Assembly (NCBI GenBank): GCA_964477735.1
Contig: CAYZFD010000001.1
Coordinates: 86,125 to 150,124 of the forward strand
Direction: 5' to 3'
DNA: 64,000 nt
DNA from: an uncultured Flavobacteriaceae bacterium
Lineage (GTDB): Bacteria > Bacteroidota > Bacteroidia > Flavobacteriales > Flavobacteriaceae
Below the pieces are notes generated by a model. The model was given only the letters and a program-made list of their open reading frames with translations. It ran no database searches and was not told the origin of the DNA. Positions 33,819 to 42,556 of the stretch are shown in pieces (position 1 is the stretch's first letter; each line of letters starts with the position of its first letter). The position numbers and the translations under genes were made by a program.

Positions 33819-34859
33819 ATGAATAAAGTAGTCACATTTGGAGAAATTATGCTTAGACTTTCTCCTTCAGGTTTTTTAAGATTCTCTCAAGCAGACAATT
33901 TCGATGTTGTTTATGGCGGTGGGGAGTCTAACGTAGCCGTATCTTTAGCCAATTATAACGTTCCAGTTGAGTTCGTTACTCGACTGCCCAAAAATGACAT
34001 TGGTCAATGTGCCATGATGGAAATGCGAAAAAGAGGGGTAGGCGTTTCTCACATTGCCTATGGCGGAGACCGCTTGGGGATTTATTTTTTAGAAACCGGT
34101 GCTGTTTCTCGGGGGAGCAAAGTGGTCTATGATCGTGCTCACTCAGCAATGGCAGAAATAAAACCTGGAATGATCGATTGGAAAACGGTTTTTAAAGGAG
34201 CCAATTGGTTCCACTGGACAGGGATCACTCCAGCCATTTCTCAAGGCTCAGCCGATGCTTGTTTAGAAGCCGTTAAAGTAGCCAGTGAGATGGGAATTAC
34301 CATTTCAACAGACTTAAATTACCGAGCAAAACTTTGGAATTATGGTGGTGATCGTGAAAAAATCATGACCGAACTCACCAATCATTGCGACATTATTTTG
34401 GGCAACGAAGAAGATGCCGAAAAACATTTTGGAATAAAACCCGAAGGCCTAGACATTACCACACAAGGAGAACACGTGAAAGCAGAAGCTTTCTTGTCTG
34501 TATGTAAACAGATGATGAAAAAATTCCCTAAGGCCAAAAAAGTAATCACAACATTAAGGGGCTCAATTTCCGCATCTCACAACACTTGGGCAGGGGTTTT
34601 GTATGATGGCAAAACCATGTACAAATCAGCACAATACCAAATCACCGATATCGTTGATCGTGTGGGTGGTGGTGATTCCTTTATGGGTGGACTTATTTAC
34701 GGACTTTTGGCCTACCAAAACGACGATCAAAAAGCATTAGATTTTGCCGTTGCGGCCTCATGCCTTAAACACACAATCAAAGGCGACGCCAATTTGGCAA
34801 CAATAGACGAGGTTGAAAAATTAATGGGCGGTGATGCCTCTGGTAGGGTAGCCCGATAA
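33819..34859 (+). CDS. kdgK: 2-dehydro-3-deoxygluconokinase (PfkB family)
   Basis: 346-aa ORF with N-terminal VVTFGEIMLRLSP, GGGESNVAVSLA and C-terminal DRVGGGDSFMGGLIY. Confidence 0.85.
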   Translation: MNKVVTFGEIMLRLSPSGFLRFSQADNFDVVYGGGESNVAVSLANYNVPVEFVTRLPKNDIGQCAMMEMRKRGVGVSHIAYGGDRLGIYFLETGAVSRGSKVVYDRAHSAMAEIKPGMIDWKTVFKGANWFHWTGITPAISQGSADACLEAVKVASEMGITISTDLNYRAKLWNYGGDREKIMTELTNHCDIILGNEEDAEKHFGIKPEGLDITTQGEHVKAEAFLSVCKQMMKKFPKAKKVITTLRGSISASHNTWAGVLYDGKTMYKSAQYQITDIVDRVGGGDSFMGGLIYGLLAYQNDDQKALDFAVAASCLKHTIKGDANLATIDEVEKLMGGDASGRVAR

Positions 34860-34870
34860 AAATTAAGAAA

Positions 34871-35539
34871 ATGAGTCAGTATTCAAGATTAGAAGTCGCC
34901 CAAGCCATGAAAAAAACAGGTCTTGTGCCTTTGTTTTTTCATGCAGATATAGAGGTAAGTAAAAACGTTCTAAAAGCTTGCTATGAAGGGGGCGCTCGAT
35001 TGTTAGAGTTCACTGCAAGAGGTGATTTTGCCCATGAAATTTTCGGAGCTCTAAACAAATATGCATTAAAAGAATTGCCAGGGATGATTCTGGGCGTTGG
35101 CTCAGTGACAGATGCTGCGCAAGCCTCATTATATATGGCTTTGGGGGCAAACTTTGTCGTGACCCCAGTGTTGAGAGAAGATATTTCTTTGGCTTGCAAT
35201 AGAAGAAAGGTTCTTTGGTCTTCGGGATGTGGATCCTTATCGGAAATAGCACGCGCCGAAGAATTGGGGTGTGAAGTTGTGAAGCTATTCCCTGGGGATG
35301 TATATGGGCCCAATTTTGTTAAGGGCATCAAAGGGCCTCAGCCTTGGACAAGCATTATGCCAACAGGAGGGGTCTCCCCTGAAGAATCTAACCTTCGAGC
35401 CTGGTTCGATGCTGGAGTAATTTGTGTGGGAATGGGATCTAAATTACTCACCAAAGAAATTATTTCGAATGGACAATACGATAAGTTACGTGAAGATGTT
35501 GCCCAAACCCTAAAGCTCATTGAAAAAGTTAGAACATAA
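34871..35539 (+). CDS. eda: KDPG / 4-hydroxy-2-oxoglutarate aldolase
   Basis: 222-aa ORF with LEFTARG, VKLFPG and PTGGVSP motifs. It follows kdgK. Confidence 0.85.
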   Translation: MSQYSRLEVAQAMKKTGLVPLFFHADIEVSKNVLKACYEGGARLLEFTARGDFAHEIFGALNKYALKELPGMILGVGSVTDAAQASLYMALGANFVVTPVLREDISLACNRRKVLWSSGCGSLSEIARAEELGCEVVKLFPGDVYGPNFVKGIKGPQPWTSIMPTGGVSPEESNLRAWFDAGVICVGMGSKLLTKEIISNGQYDKLREDVAQTLKLIEKVRT

Positions 35540-35618
35540 TCGTATTAAATATCGAAAATGAAATTTCTCGCCGTTTTTGCGAGGTGAAGCATCGCTTTGA
35601 AGGCTACAAACAAATGAC

Positions 35619-36593
35619 ATGAGATTGATGAAAAAAGGATTGTTTTTATTGAGTTTTATTACACTAATGGCTTGCACCACTTCTAGTGGCGTGAAAACAA
35701 TTCGGCTGGGCCATGGACTAGACACTAACCATTCGGTGCACAAAGCGATGGTGAAGATGGGTGAAGAGTTGGCCAAATTGTCTAAGGGCAAAATGCAAAT
35801 TAAAATTTATCCCAACCAACAATTAGGGTCTGAGCGCGAATGTTTGGAATTGCTCCAAATAGGCAGTTTAGACATCACCAAAGTTTCTGCGGGTGTGATG
35901 GAAAATTTTTCGCCCAACATGAAAGTTTTTGGACTTCCCTATTTGTTTAGAGATAAAGCACATGCCTATAGCGTGATGGACGGATCAATCGGCAAAAAAT
36001 TACTAAACGAAACCTTGCAGTTTCGCATTAAGGGCCTTGCTTATTACGACGCTGGAAGCCGGAGTTTCTATACCAAAAGCAAACCTGTTCACAATCCGTC
36101 AGACCTTGAAGGGCTCAAGATTAGGGTAATGGAAAGTGTAACGGCCATGAAAATGGTTGAAAGTATGGGGGGTTCACCAACGCCCATTTCTTGGGGAGAG
36201 CTCTACACCTCACTTCAGCAAGAAGTCGTGGATGGGGCCGAAAACAATCCCCCAAGTTTCTATTTGTCAAAACAATTTGAGGTTTGTAAATATTATACCC
36301 TCGATGAACACACCACTCTCCCTGATGTATTGGTGGGAAGCTCCTATCTATGGGAATCGCTAACGACTCAAGAAAAAGCTTGGTTGGAAGAAGCAGTGTC
36401 TATTTCTGTGGCCTATCAAAGAGAACTTTGGGCGGCCTCGGAAGCAGAATCGCTTAGTGCGCTTGAAAAAGCAGGGGTCGAGATTATTTACCCCGACAAA
36501 ACTCAATTTTCTAAAACAGTTCAGCCTGTTTACGATATGTTTAGTGCCAACGAAAGCATCAATAACCTTGTTTTGGCCATTCAAAATCAATAA
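35619..36593 (+). CDS. TRAP transporter substrate-binding protein (DctP family), probable uronate binder
   Basis: 324-aa ORF with lipobox-like LMACT and a DctP-like body (LGSERECLELLQIGSLDITKVS, GLKIRVMES). The true start is possibly the second ATG at 35628. Confidence 0.8.
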   Translation: MRLMKKGLFLLSFITLMACTTSSGVKTIRLGHGLDTNHSVHKAMVKMGEELAKLSKGKMQIKIYPNQQLGSERECLELLQIGSLDITKVSAGVMENFSPNMKVFGLPYLFRDKAHAYSVMDGSIGKKLLNETLQFRIKGLAYYDAGSRSFYTKSKPVHNPSDLEGLKIRVMESVTAMKMVESMGGSPTPISWGELYTSLQQEVVDGAENNPPSFYLSKQFEVCKYYTLDEHTTLPDVLVGSSYLWESLTTQEKAWLEEAVSISVAYQRELWAASEAESLSALEKAGVEIIYPDKTQFSKTVQPVYDMFSANESINNLVLAIQNQ

Positions 36594-36599
36594 GTTTAT

Positions 36600-37067
36600 A
36601 TGAATAATGTGCAACAAAAACTCGATAGAACTTTAGAATATATTTTGGTGATTTTATTGGCCGTTATGGTCATTAACGTCAGTTGGCAAGTCTTTTCTAG
36701 ATATGTGCTCGAAAATCCAAGTTCTTTTACCGATGAGCTGGCCAGATATTTAATGATTTGGCTTGGCGTTTTGGGAACTGCCTATGTTTCGGGAAAAAGA
36801 CTGCACGTAGCCATAAACATATTGCCAGAACGCCTAGATGATAAAGGCCAAAAAAAATTAAACAACATTATTCATAGTATTATCATTTTGTTTGCCATAA
36901 GTGTTTTTATCATTGGTGGAAGCCGATTGGTTTACTTAAGTTTTGTTTTAGGACAGAAATCTGCAGCACTTCAAATTCCGCTTTATTTGGTCTATCTGTG
37001 TATTCCTATTAGTGGCCTTTGTATTGTGTTTTACAAACTATGTGATCTCATTAAAAAAGAAGTGTAA
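36600..37067 (+). CDS. TRAP transporter small permease (DctQ family)
   Basis: 155-aa ORF with four hydrophobic segments and FSRYVLENPSSFTDELARYLMIWL, typical of DctQ. Confidence 0.8.
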   Translation: MNNVQQKLDRTLEYILVILLAVMVINVSWQVFSRYVLENPSSFTDELARYLMIWLGVLGTAYVSGKRLHVAINILPERLDDKGQKKLNNIIHSIIILFAISVFIIGGSRLVYLSFVLGQKSAALQIPLYLVYLCIPISGLCIVFYKLCDLIKKEV

Positions 37068-38362
37068 TGGAATATTTATCAGTTGGCATCTTGCTTTTAA
37101 GCTTTTTAGTCTTATTGTCTATTGGAACCCCTGTGGCGTGGAGCATCACCATTTCTTCTGTTTTTACGCTCATTGTAAGTGTTCCTGCTTTGCCTGCACT
37201 CACCACAATTGCACAAAGAATGGGAACAGGGATCGATAGTTTTGCCTTGTTGGCCATTCCGTTTTTTATCCTCTCTGGTGAACTGATGAACAAAGGAGGC
37301 ATTGCCCACCGATTGGTGGCCTTTGCCAAAGCACTGGTTGGATTTTTGCCTGGGGGCCTTGCACTGATTAATATCATTTCGGCCATGCTCATGGGTGCTG
37401 TTGCGGGCTCTGCCATGGCTTCTGCTTCGGCCATGGGGAGTATTCTCGGACCAGAAATGGAAAAGGAAGGCTACCCCAAGGGTTTTGGAGTGGCTGTAAA
37501 TATAACATCGGCCACTACGGGTTTAATTATTCCACCCAGTAATGTTTTAATCGTTTATTCCCTAGCCAGTGGTGGGGCTTCAATCGCAGCCTTGTTTTTA
37601 GCAGGGTATATCCCTGGAATTATCACTGGATTATTCTTAATGATTGTGGCCATGGTTTGGGCCAAAAAGAACAAATTCAAAACAGGAAAAAGAGCACCTT
37701 TATCTGTTGTAGCCAAAACTTTTGTCCACGCTTTTCCTAGTCTGATGCTGCTTGTGGTGGTCATAGGTGGTATTGTATCAGGAGTATTCACCGCAACAGA
37801 GGCGTCAGCAGTAGCCGTAATTTATACCCTTATTCTTGGTTTTGCCTACAAAGAAATTAATGTGAAAAGCCTTTTTGGAATTTTGTTAAATGCGAGCTCA
37901 ACAACAGCCATTGTAATGTTTTTAATTGCAGCTTCGATGAGCATGTCATGGGTATTGTCCTACGAAAACATTCCCGAAATGATTAGTCATAGTTTGATTT
38001 CTTTGAGTGACAATAAAATCGTTATTCTTTTAATGATAAACCTAATATTATTGTTCGTAGGAATTTTTATGGACATGACACCTGCTGTCCTTATTTTCAC
38101 GCCCATATTTCTTCCTGTTGTGACCCAACTTGGCATGGACCCAGTTCATTTTGGAATGATCATGGTATTAAACCTTTGCATTGGGCTATGTACACCTCCT
38201 GTTGGAAGTGTGTTGTTTGTGGGGATCGGCGTAGCCAAAACAACCATACAAAAAGTGATTAGACCTTTGCTTCCGCTATTTATTGCCATGATTTTTGCTT
38301 TGATGTTGGTAACCTATATCCCAGCACTTTCCCTTTGGTTACCATCTCTGTTTAATTTATAA
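37067..38362 (+). CDS. TRAP transporter large permease (DctM family)
   Basis: 431-aa polytopic ORF. Its start overlaps the dctQ-like stop by 1 nt. Confidence 0.85.
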   Translation: MEYLSVGILLLSFLVLLSIGTPVAWSITISSVFTLIVSVPALPALTTIAQRMGTGIDSFALLAIPFFILSGELMNKGGIAHRLVAFAKALVGFLPGGLALINIISAMLMGAVAGSAMASASAMGSILGPEMEKEGYPKGFGVAVNITSATTGLIIPPSNVLIVYSLASGGASIAALFLAGYIPGIITGLFLMIVAMVWAKKNKFKTGKRAPLSVVAKTFVHAFPSLMLLVVVIGGIVSGVFTATEASAVAVIYTLILGFAYKEINVKSLFGILLNASSTTAIVMFLIAASMSMSWVLSYENIPEMISHSLISLSDNKIVILLMINLILLFVGIFMDMTPAVLIFTPIFLPVVTQLGMDPVHFGMIMVLNLCIGLCTPPVGSVLFVGIGVAKTTIQKVIRPLLPLFIAMIFALMLVTYIPALSLWLPSLFNL

Positions 38363-38373
38363 TTCTCAACAAC

Positions 38374-39822
38374 TTGAAACCACTCAATAGACTAAATGTC
38401 GAAACCACATCAAACCTACCCATCAAAATCATACAATTTGGGGAGGGAAACTTTCTAAGGGCTTTTGTAGATTATGCAATCGATCAACTCAACGCCAAAA
38501 CAGATTTTTCTGGGGCTGTTGCCGTTGTGCAACCCATCATTCATGGCATGGTTGATGTCTTAGATAAGCAAGATGGCCTATATACGTTGTTTTTAAAAGG
38601 AATTTCGAACGGTGAAATTATTGAACAGCATCATTTGGTAACAGCTGTTCAACAAAGCATCAATCCGTTTGAAGACTTCGAAAGTTTTCGTCAATTGGCA
38701 CTACTTGACTCCCTTGAATTTGTGTTCTCAAATACCACAGAGGCTGGGATAGTTTTTGATGAAAATGATCAATATGATTCGGTTCCTCCAAACACTTTTC
38801 CAGCCAAACTCACCTATTTTTTACACCAACGCTATAAACATTTTTCTGGTGATGTTTCTAAAGGACTCCACATTATCCCATGCGAGTTAATCAATTACAA
38901 TGCCGATAAACTTAAAACTTGCATACTTCAATATGCATCGTTGTGGTCATTAGATTCAGGATTTTCGAATTGGGTTGAACAGGCCAATAGTTTTCACAAC
39001 ACTTTGGTGGACAGAATTGTTCCTGGCTACCCAAGAGAGCAAGTGAGCGAATACACCAAATTGTTGGGTTATGAAGATCAATTGATGGTGAGTGCCGAAA
39101 ATTTCTTCTTATGGGTTATCGAAGGGGATCAAGCTTTGAAAAGCAAATTACCCTTCGAAAAAACTGCCCTAGATGTTAAATTCGTACCTTCGATTCAGCC
39201 CTACCGAACACGAAAAGTTAGAGTTCTAAATGGCATACACACAGCCATGGTGCCACTTTGCTATTTGCATGGCCACAGAACAGTCAGAGAATCTATTGAT
39301 GACCCTTTCACTTTTGAGTTTATTAAAACATTGGCTTTCAACGAAATTGTGCCTAGTGTGGATTTAGACAAAAATGAAATGGAACAATACACCCTCGAGG
39401 TATTTGATCGTTTCAGAAATCCTTTTGTTGTGCATAAACTAGAGAGCATTGCTTTAAATTCAATTTCAAAATTTTCTGTCAGAGTACTCCCCACTATGCT
39501 TTCTTACAGGGAAAAGTTTAATAAAATTCCACAAAATTGCGCCTTGTCCTTTGCTGCATTATTGTTATTCTATAAAGGAAATTGGAACGAGCGAGCGCTT
39601 CCTGTACAAGACGATGAAGCTGTTGTAAACTTTTTCGTACAGCTGTGGAAAGAAAACCCCACAAACGTTGTGGTTGAAAAAGCATTGGCTAATGACACCT
39701 TTTGGGGCGAAGACCTCACCAAAATCGAAGGTCTAGCCCATCAAGTGACGCATTGGCTTTCTTTATTGGAAAATCAAGGAACCACCGTGGCCATACAACA
39801 ATGTTTAGCACAAACAAAATGA
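38374..39822 (+). CDS. uxaB: Tagaturonate reductase (altronate oxidoreductase)
   Basis: 482-aa ORF with a TTG start. Its N-terminus (M)KPLNRLN...IKIIQFGEGNFLRAF parallels E. coli UxaB MKTLNR...IIQFGEGNFLRAF, which supports the TTG. Confidence 0.9.
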   Translation: MKPLNRLNVETTSNLPIKIIQFGEGNFLRAFVDYAIDQLNAKTDFSGAVAVVQPIIHGMVDVLDKQDGLYTLFLKGISNGEIIEQHHLVTAVQQSINPFEDFESFRQLALLDSLEFVFSNTTEAGIVFDENDQYDSVPPNTFPAKLTYFLHQRYKHFSGDVSKGLHIIPCELINYNADKLKTCILQYASLWSLDSGFSNWVEQANSFHNTLVDRIVPGYPREQVSEYTKLLGYEDQLMVSAENFFLWVIEGDQALKSKLPFEKTALDVKFVPSIQPYRTRKVRVLNGIHTAMVPLCYLHGHRTVRESIDDPFTFEFIKTLAFNEIVPSVDLDKNEMEQYTLEVFDRFRNPFVVHKLESIALNSISKFSVRVLPTMLSYREKFNKIPQNCALSFAALLLFYKGNWNERALPVQDDEAVVNFFVQLWKENPTNVVVEKALANDTFWGEDLTKIEGLAHQVTHWLSLLENQGTTVAIQQCLAQTK

Positions 39823-41429
39823 TGAAAAGTCCAATTTTGCAACTCGAGGCCACCGATAATGTAGTAGTGGCTCTAGAAAATCTTACAGCAGGAACCACGG
39901 TGACTACAGAGGGGTTTTCCATTGAGGTTAAAGAAAACATAAAAGCCAAACACAAAATGGCACTTCATGACTTTAACATTGGCGACGCCATTGTTATGTA
40001 TGGTTTGCTGGTTGGTAAAGCAACAGAGCACATAGCTGCTGGAACGGCACTTCACGTGGACAATGTGAAACATAGTAAAAGTGAAGCCGCTATTCTAGAC
40101 ACCAATTATCAATGGACATCACCCAATATCACTGCCTGGCAAAACCGAACTTTTATGGGTTATCACAGAGCCGATGGACAGGTTGGTACAGAAAATGTAT
40201 GGCTTTTCTTTCCACTGGTTTTTTGTGAAAACAAAAATATTGAGGCCCTTAAAGAGGTTTTTGAGAAAGAGTTAGGAATTTCGTCCGAAATGGAGCTTAG
40301 AAATTATTTTCGCTCGTTGATTGGAGGTCGTGAAGAAACCCATGTAGAGCCAAAAGCAAATCCTATACTTTCCAATATATCACTAAGGTTTTTAACCCAC
40401 CAGGGCGGATGTGGGGGCACTCGCGAAGATGCTGTTATGTTGGCCAAGCTGCTTGCAGGTTATGTCAATAATCCCAATGTGGCAGGGGTCACTGTACTTA
40501 GTTTAGGATGCCAAAACCTACAAGTTGAGATTTTCAAGAAAGCACTGCATGACATCAATCCAAACATTGAAAAACCTGTTTTGATTTTTGACCAACAAGA
40601 GTCGGGGAATAATGACAAAATGATGCAAAAAATCATTGCAGAAACTTTTGAAGCCTTGAAAACAGCCAATAATATCGTTCGTCAGCCCGCACCGCTATCT
40701 AAACTTAGTGTTGGGTTAGAGTGTGGAGGTTCTGATGGTTTTTCGGGGATTTCGGCAAACCCTGTTTTGGGGCGCGTGAGTGATATTTTGGTGGCCTTAA
40801 AAGGCAAAGCTATTCTTGCAGAATTTCCTGAACTATGTGGTGTTGAACAAAACTTAATTGACCGCTGCGTTAAGCCTCAATCAGCGCATAGATTTTTGGA
40901 ACTCATGAAAGCCTTCGAAGCTTCGGCCATAAAAGCAGGCTCTGGTTTTGATATGAACCCATCTCCAGGGAACATCAAAGATGGCCTAATTACAGATGCG
41001 ATGAAAAGTGCTGGTGCTGCTAAAAAAGGAGGTACCGCGCCCATCGTTAATGTGGCAGACTATGCTGAATATTGTAACGAAGAGGGACTACACCTGCTCT
41101 GCACGCCAGGAAATGATGTTGAAAGCACTACGGCCTTGGCCGCATCGGGCACCAACATTATTTTGTTTACAACAGGATTGGGAACACCTACTGGCAACCC
41201 TGTTGTGCCAGTCATAAAAGTATCTTCGAACAGTCACCTTTTTGAAAAAATGGGCGATATAATTGACTTTGATGCAGGAACTGTTATTACAGGGAATGAA
41301 AGTCTAGAAGAGGCTGCCGACCGTTTGTTAAACTACATTGTTGACGTGGCTAGTGGCCACTCCACAACAAAAGCTGTTCAGAATAAACAATATGATTTTA
41401 TCCCTTGGAAAAGAGGGGTGTCGCTTTAG
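39819..41429 (+). CDS. uxaA: Altronate dehydratase
   Basis: The ORF track begins at 39702 inside uxaB. The ATG at 39819 (ATGA overlap with the uxaB stop) gives 536 aa starting MMKSPILQLEATDNVVVAL (SAF domain). Later motifs include GLECGGSDGFSG and LLCTPGND. Confidence 0.9.
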   Translation: MMKSPILQLEATDNVVVALENLTAGTTVTTEGFSIEVKENIKAKHKMALHDFNIGDAIVMYGLLVGKATEHIAAGTALHVDNVKHSKSEAAILDTNYQWTSPNITAWQNRTFMGYHRADGQVGTENVWLFFPLVFCENKNIEALKEVFEKELGISSEMELRNYFRSLIGGREETHVEPKANPILSNISLRFLTHQGGCGGTREDAVMLAKLLAGYVNNPNVAGVTVLSLGCQNLQVEIFKKALHDINPNIEKPVLIFDQQESGNNDKMMQKIIAETFEALKTANNIVRQPAPLSKLSVGLECGGSDGFSGISANPVLGRVSDILVALKGKAILAEFPELCGVEQNLIDRCVKPQSAHRFLELMKAFEASAIKAGSGFDMNPSPGNIKDGLITDAMKSAGAAKKGGTAPIVNVADYAEYCNEEGLHLLCTPGNDVESTTALAASGTNIILFTTGLGTPTGNPVVPVIKVSSNSHLFEKMGDIIDFDAGTVITGNESLEEAADRLLNYIVDVASGHSTTKAVQNKQYDFIPWKRGVSL

Positions 41430-42448
41430 GACTTAAGAATTTGTGATGACTTTCGAACGAGTAGTTCTGGCTTGAGCTTGGCTGATTGTTCTAAAACAAC
41501 ATCTTTATTGTTCACTTTTTCCAAAAATATTCTTGCAGCACTTTCACCCATCACAATGGGGTTTTGTTCGATAGAAGTAATGGAGAGCTCGAGCAAACTG
41601 GTAAAAGGTTCGTTACTAAATCCTACAACAGCAATTTCATCGGGAATTCTTACCTTAAGACTTTGTAAATGCTGAATTACACCCAAGGCCACATAGTCAG
41701 AAGAACAAAAAACAGCATTAGGGATTTTAGGTAAATTCAATATTTTTTTGGCAACCTTTTTTCCAGAGGCGATATCACTTGTGGCCTCGAAAACCAATTC
41801 TTTGTCAAAAGGGATGTTGTTGTTGCCCAGTGTAGATTTGTAACCGTCAAATCTATTTTTGTAAATCCCTAACTTTAAATCTCCTGAGACGAAGGCAATT
41901 CTTTTTCTATTTTGATCAATAAGATGTTGAGTACCCAAAATCCCTCCCGTATAATCATCAAGCGTAATAGAACTTGTGCCTGGGGTGTCGAACTTTCGGT
42001 CAAAAAATATTAGGGGCGTGCCACTATTGACCACTTTTCGAAAATGAGCGTCACTTGTTGTTTTTTTGGACAATGAAATGATGATGCCATCAACTTGATT
42101 GTTGAGCAAGGTTTCAATAATCTCCTCTTCTCTTTTTTCTGATTCGTTGGTTTGAAAAATCATAACTTGATATCCTTTTGGATACAAAGTTTCCTCTACA
42201 CCTCTAATCACATTAGAGAAAAAATGGCGGTTGATGGTGGGCACTACCAACCCAACCACGTAGGTCTGCCCACTTTTGAGTGCCAAGGCATGCTTGTTTT
42301 TGTTGTAATTTAACTCTTCAGCAGTTTTCAGAACCAGTTTACGTGTTTTCTCACTAATCAATTTACTGTTGTTTAGTGCTCTAGAAACGGTCGCTGCCGT
42401 GATGTTCAGTTTTGAAGCAATGTCATAAATGGTTGCTTTCTTACTCAT
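41426..42448 (-). CDS. LacI-family transcriptional regulator (candidate pectin-locus repressor)
   Basis: 340-aa ORF with N-terminal HTH ATIYDIASKLNITAATVSRALNN and a periplasmic-binding-protein-like sugar-binding body. It is divergent from the susC-like gene. Confidence 0.9.
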   Translation of the reverse strand: MSKKATIYDIASKLNITAATVSRALNNSKLISEKTRKLVLKTAEELNYNKNKHALALKSGQTYVVGLVVPTINRHFFSNVIRGVEETLYPKGYQVMIFQTNESEKREEEIIETLLNNQVDGIIISLSKKTTSDAHFRKVVNSGTPLIFFDRKFDTPGTSSITLDDYTGGILGTQHLIDQNRKRIAFVSGDLKLGIYKNRFDGYKSTLGNNNIPFDKELVFEATSDIASGKKVAKKILNLPKIPNAVFCSSDYVALGVIQHLQSLKVRIPDEIAVVGFSNEPFTSLLELSITSIEQNPIVMGESAARIFLEKVNNKDVVLEQSAKLKPELLVRKSSQILKS

Positions 42449-42515
42449 TTATATTTTTTAGTTGTCAATTCCTCAAAATTATGAATAATTATTTTGGTAT
42501 ATGGGAAAATTTTAA

Positions 42516-42537
42516 TAATATTGTGTAATCGATTACA
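42516..42537. promoter_or_regulatory. -7-like box TAATATTG abutting a perfect LacI-type operator palindrome, site 3 (TGTAATCGATTACA)
   Basis: The perfect 14-bp palindrome lies at 42524..42537, in the 108-bp gap between the regulator start (42448) and the susC-like ATG (42557). TAATATTG at 42516..42523 is one mismatch from TAnnTTTG. Confidence 0.65.
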
Positions 42538-42556
42538 TAACAACTTAATAAGAATT

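Noticed and set aside
35567-35584. Small hairpin ctcgc-cgttttt-gcgag between eda and the TRAP genes
   Set aside because: It has a 5-bp stem and no following T-run, so it is too weak to call a terminator or regulatory element.
38475-38488. TGCAATCGATCAAC, a left-half match to the operator about 100 nt inside uxaB
   Set aside because: Only the left half-site and centre match. It is intragenic, which is insufficient to call a site.
41426-41429. Convergent gene pairs with overlapping 3' ends and no terminator: uxaA/lacI by 4 nt, dgt/dxs by 4 nt (3581..3584), and CE12/oxidoreductase by 15 nt (60945..60959)
   Set aside because: This is real in the sequence but common in compact genomes. There is no evidence here of antisense regulation.
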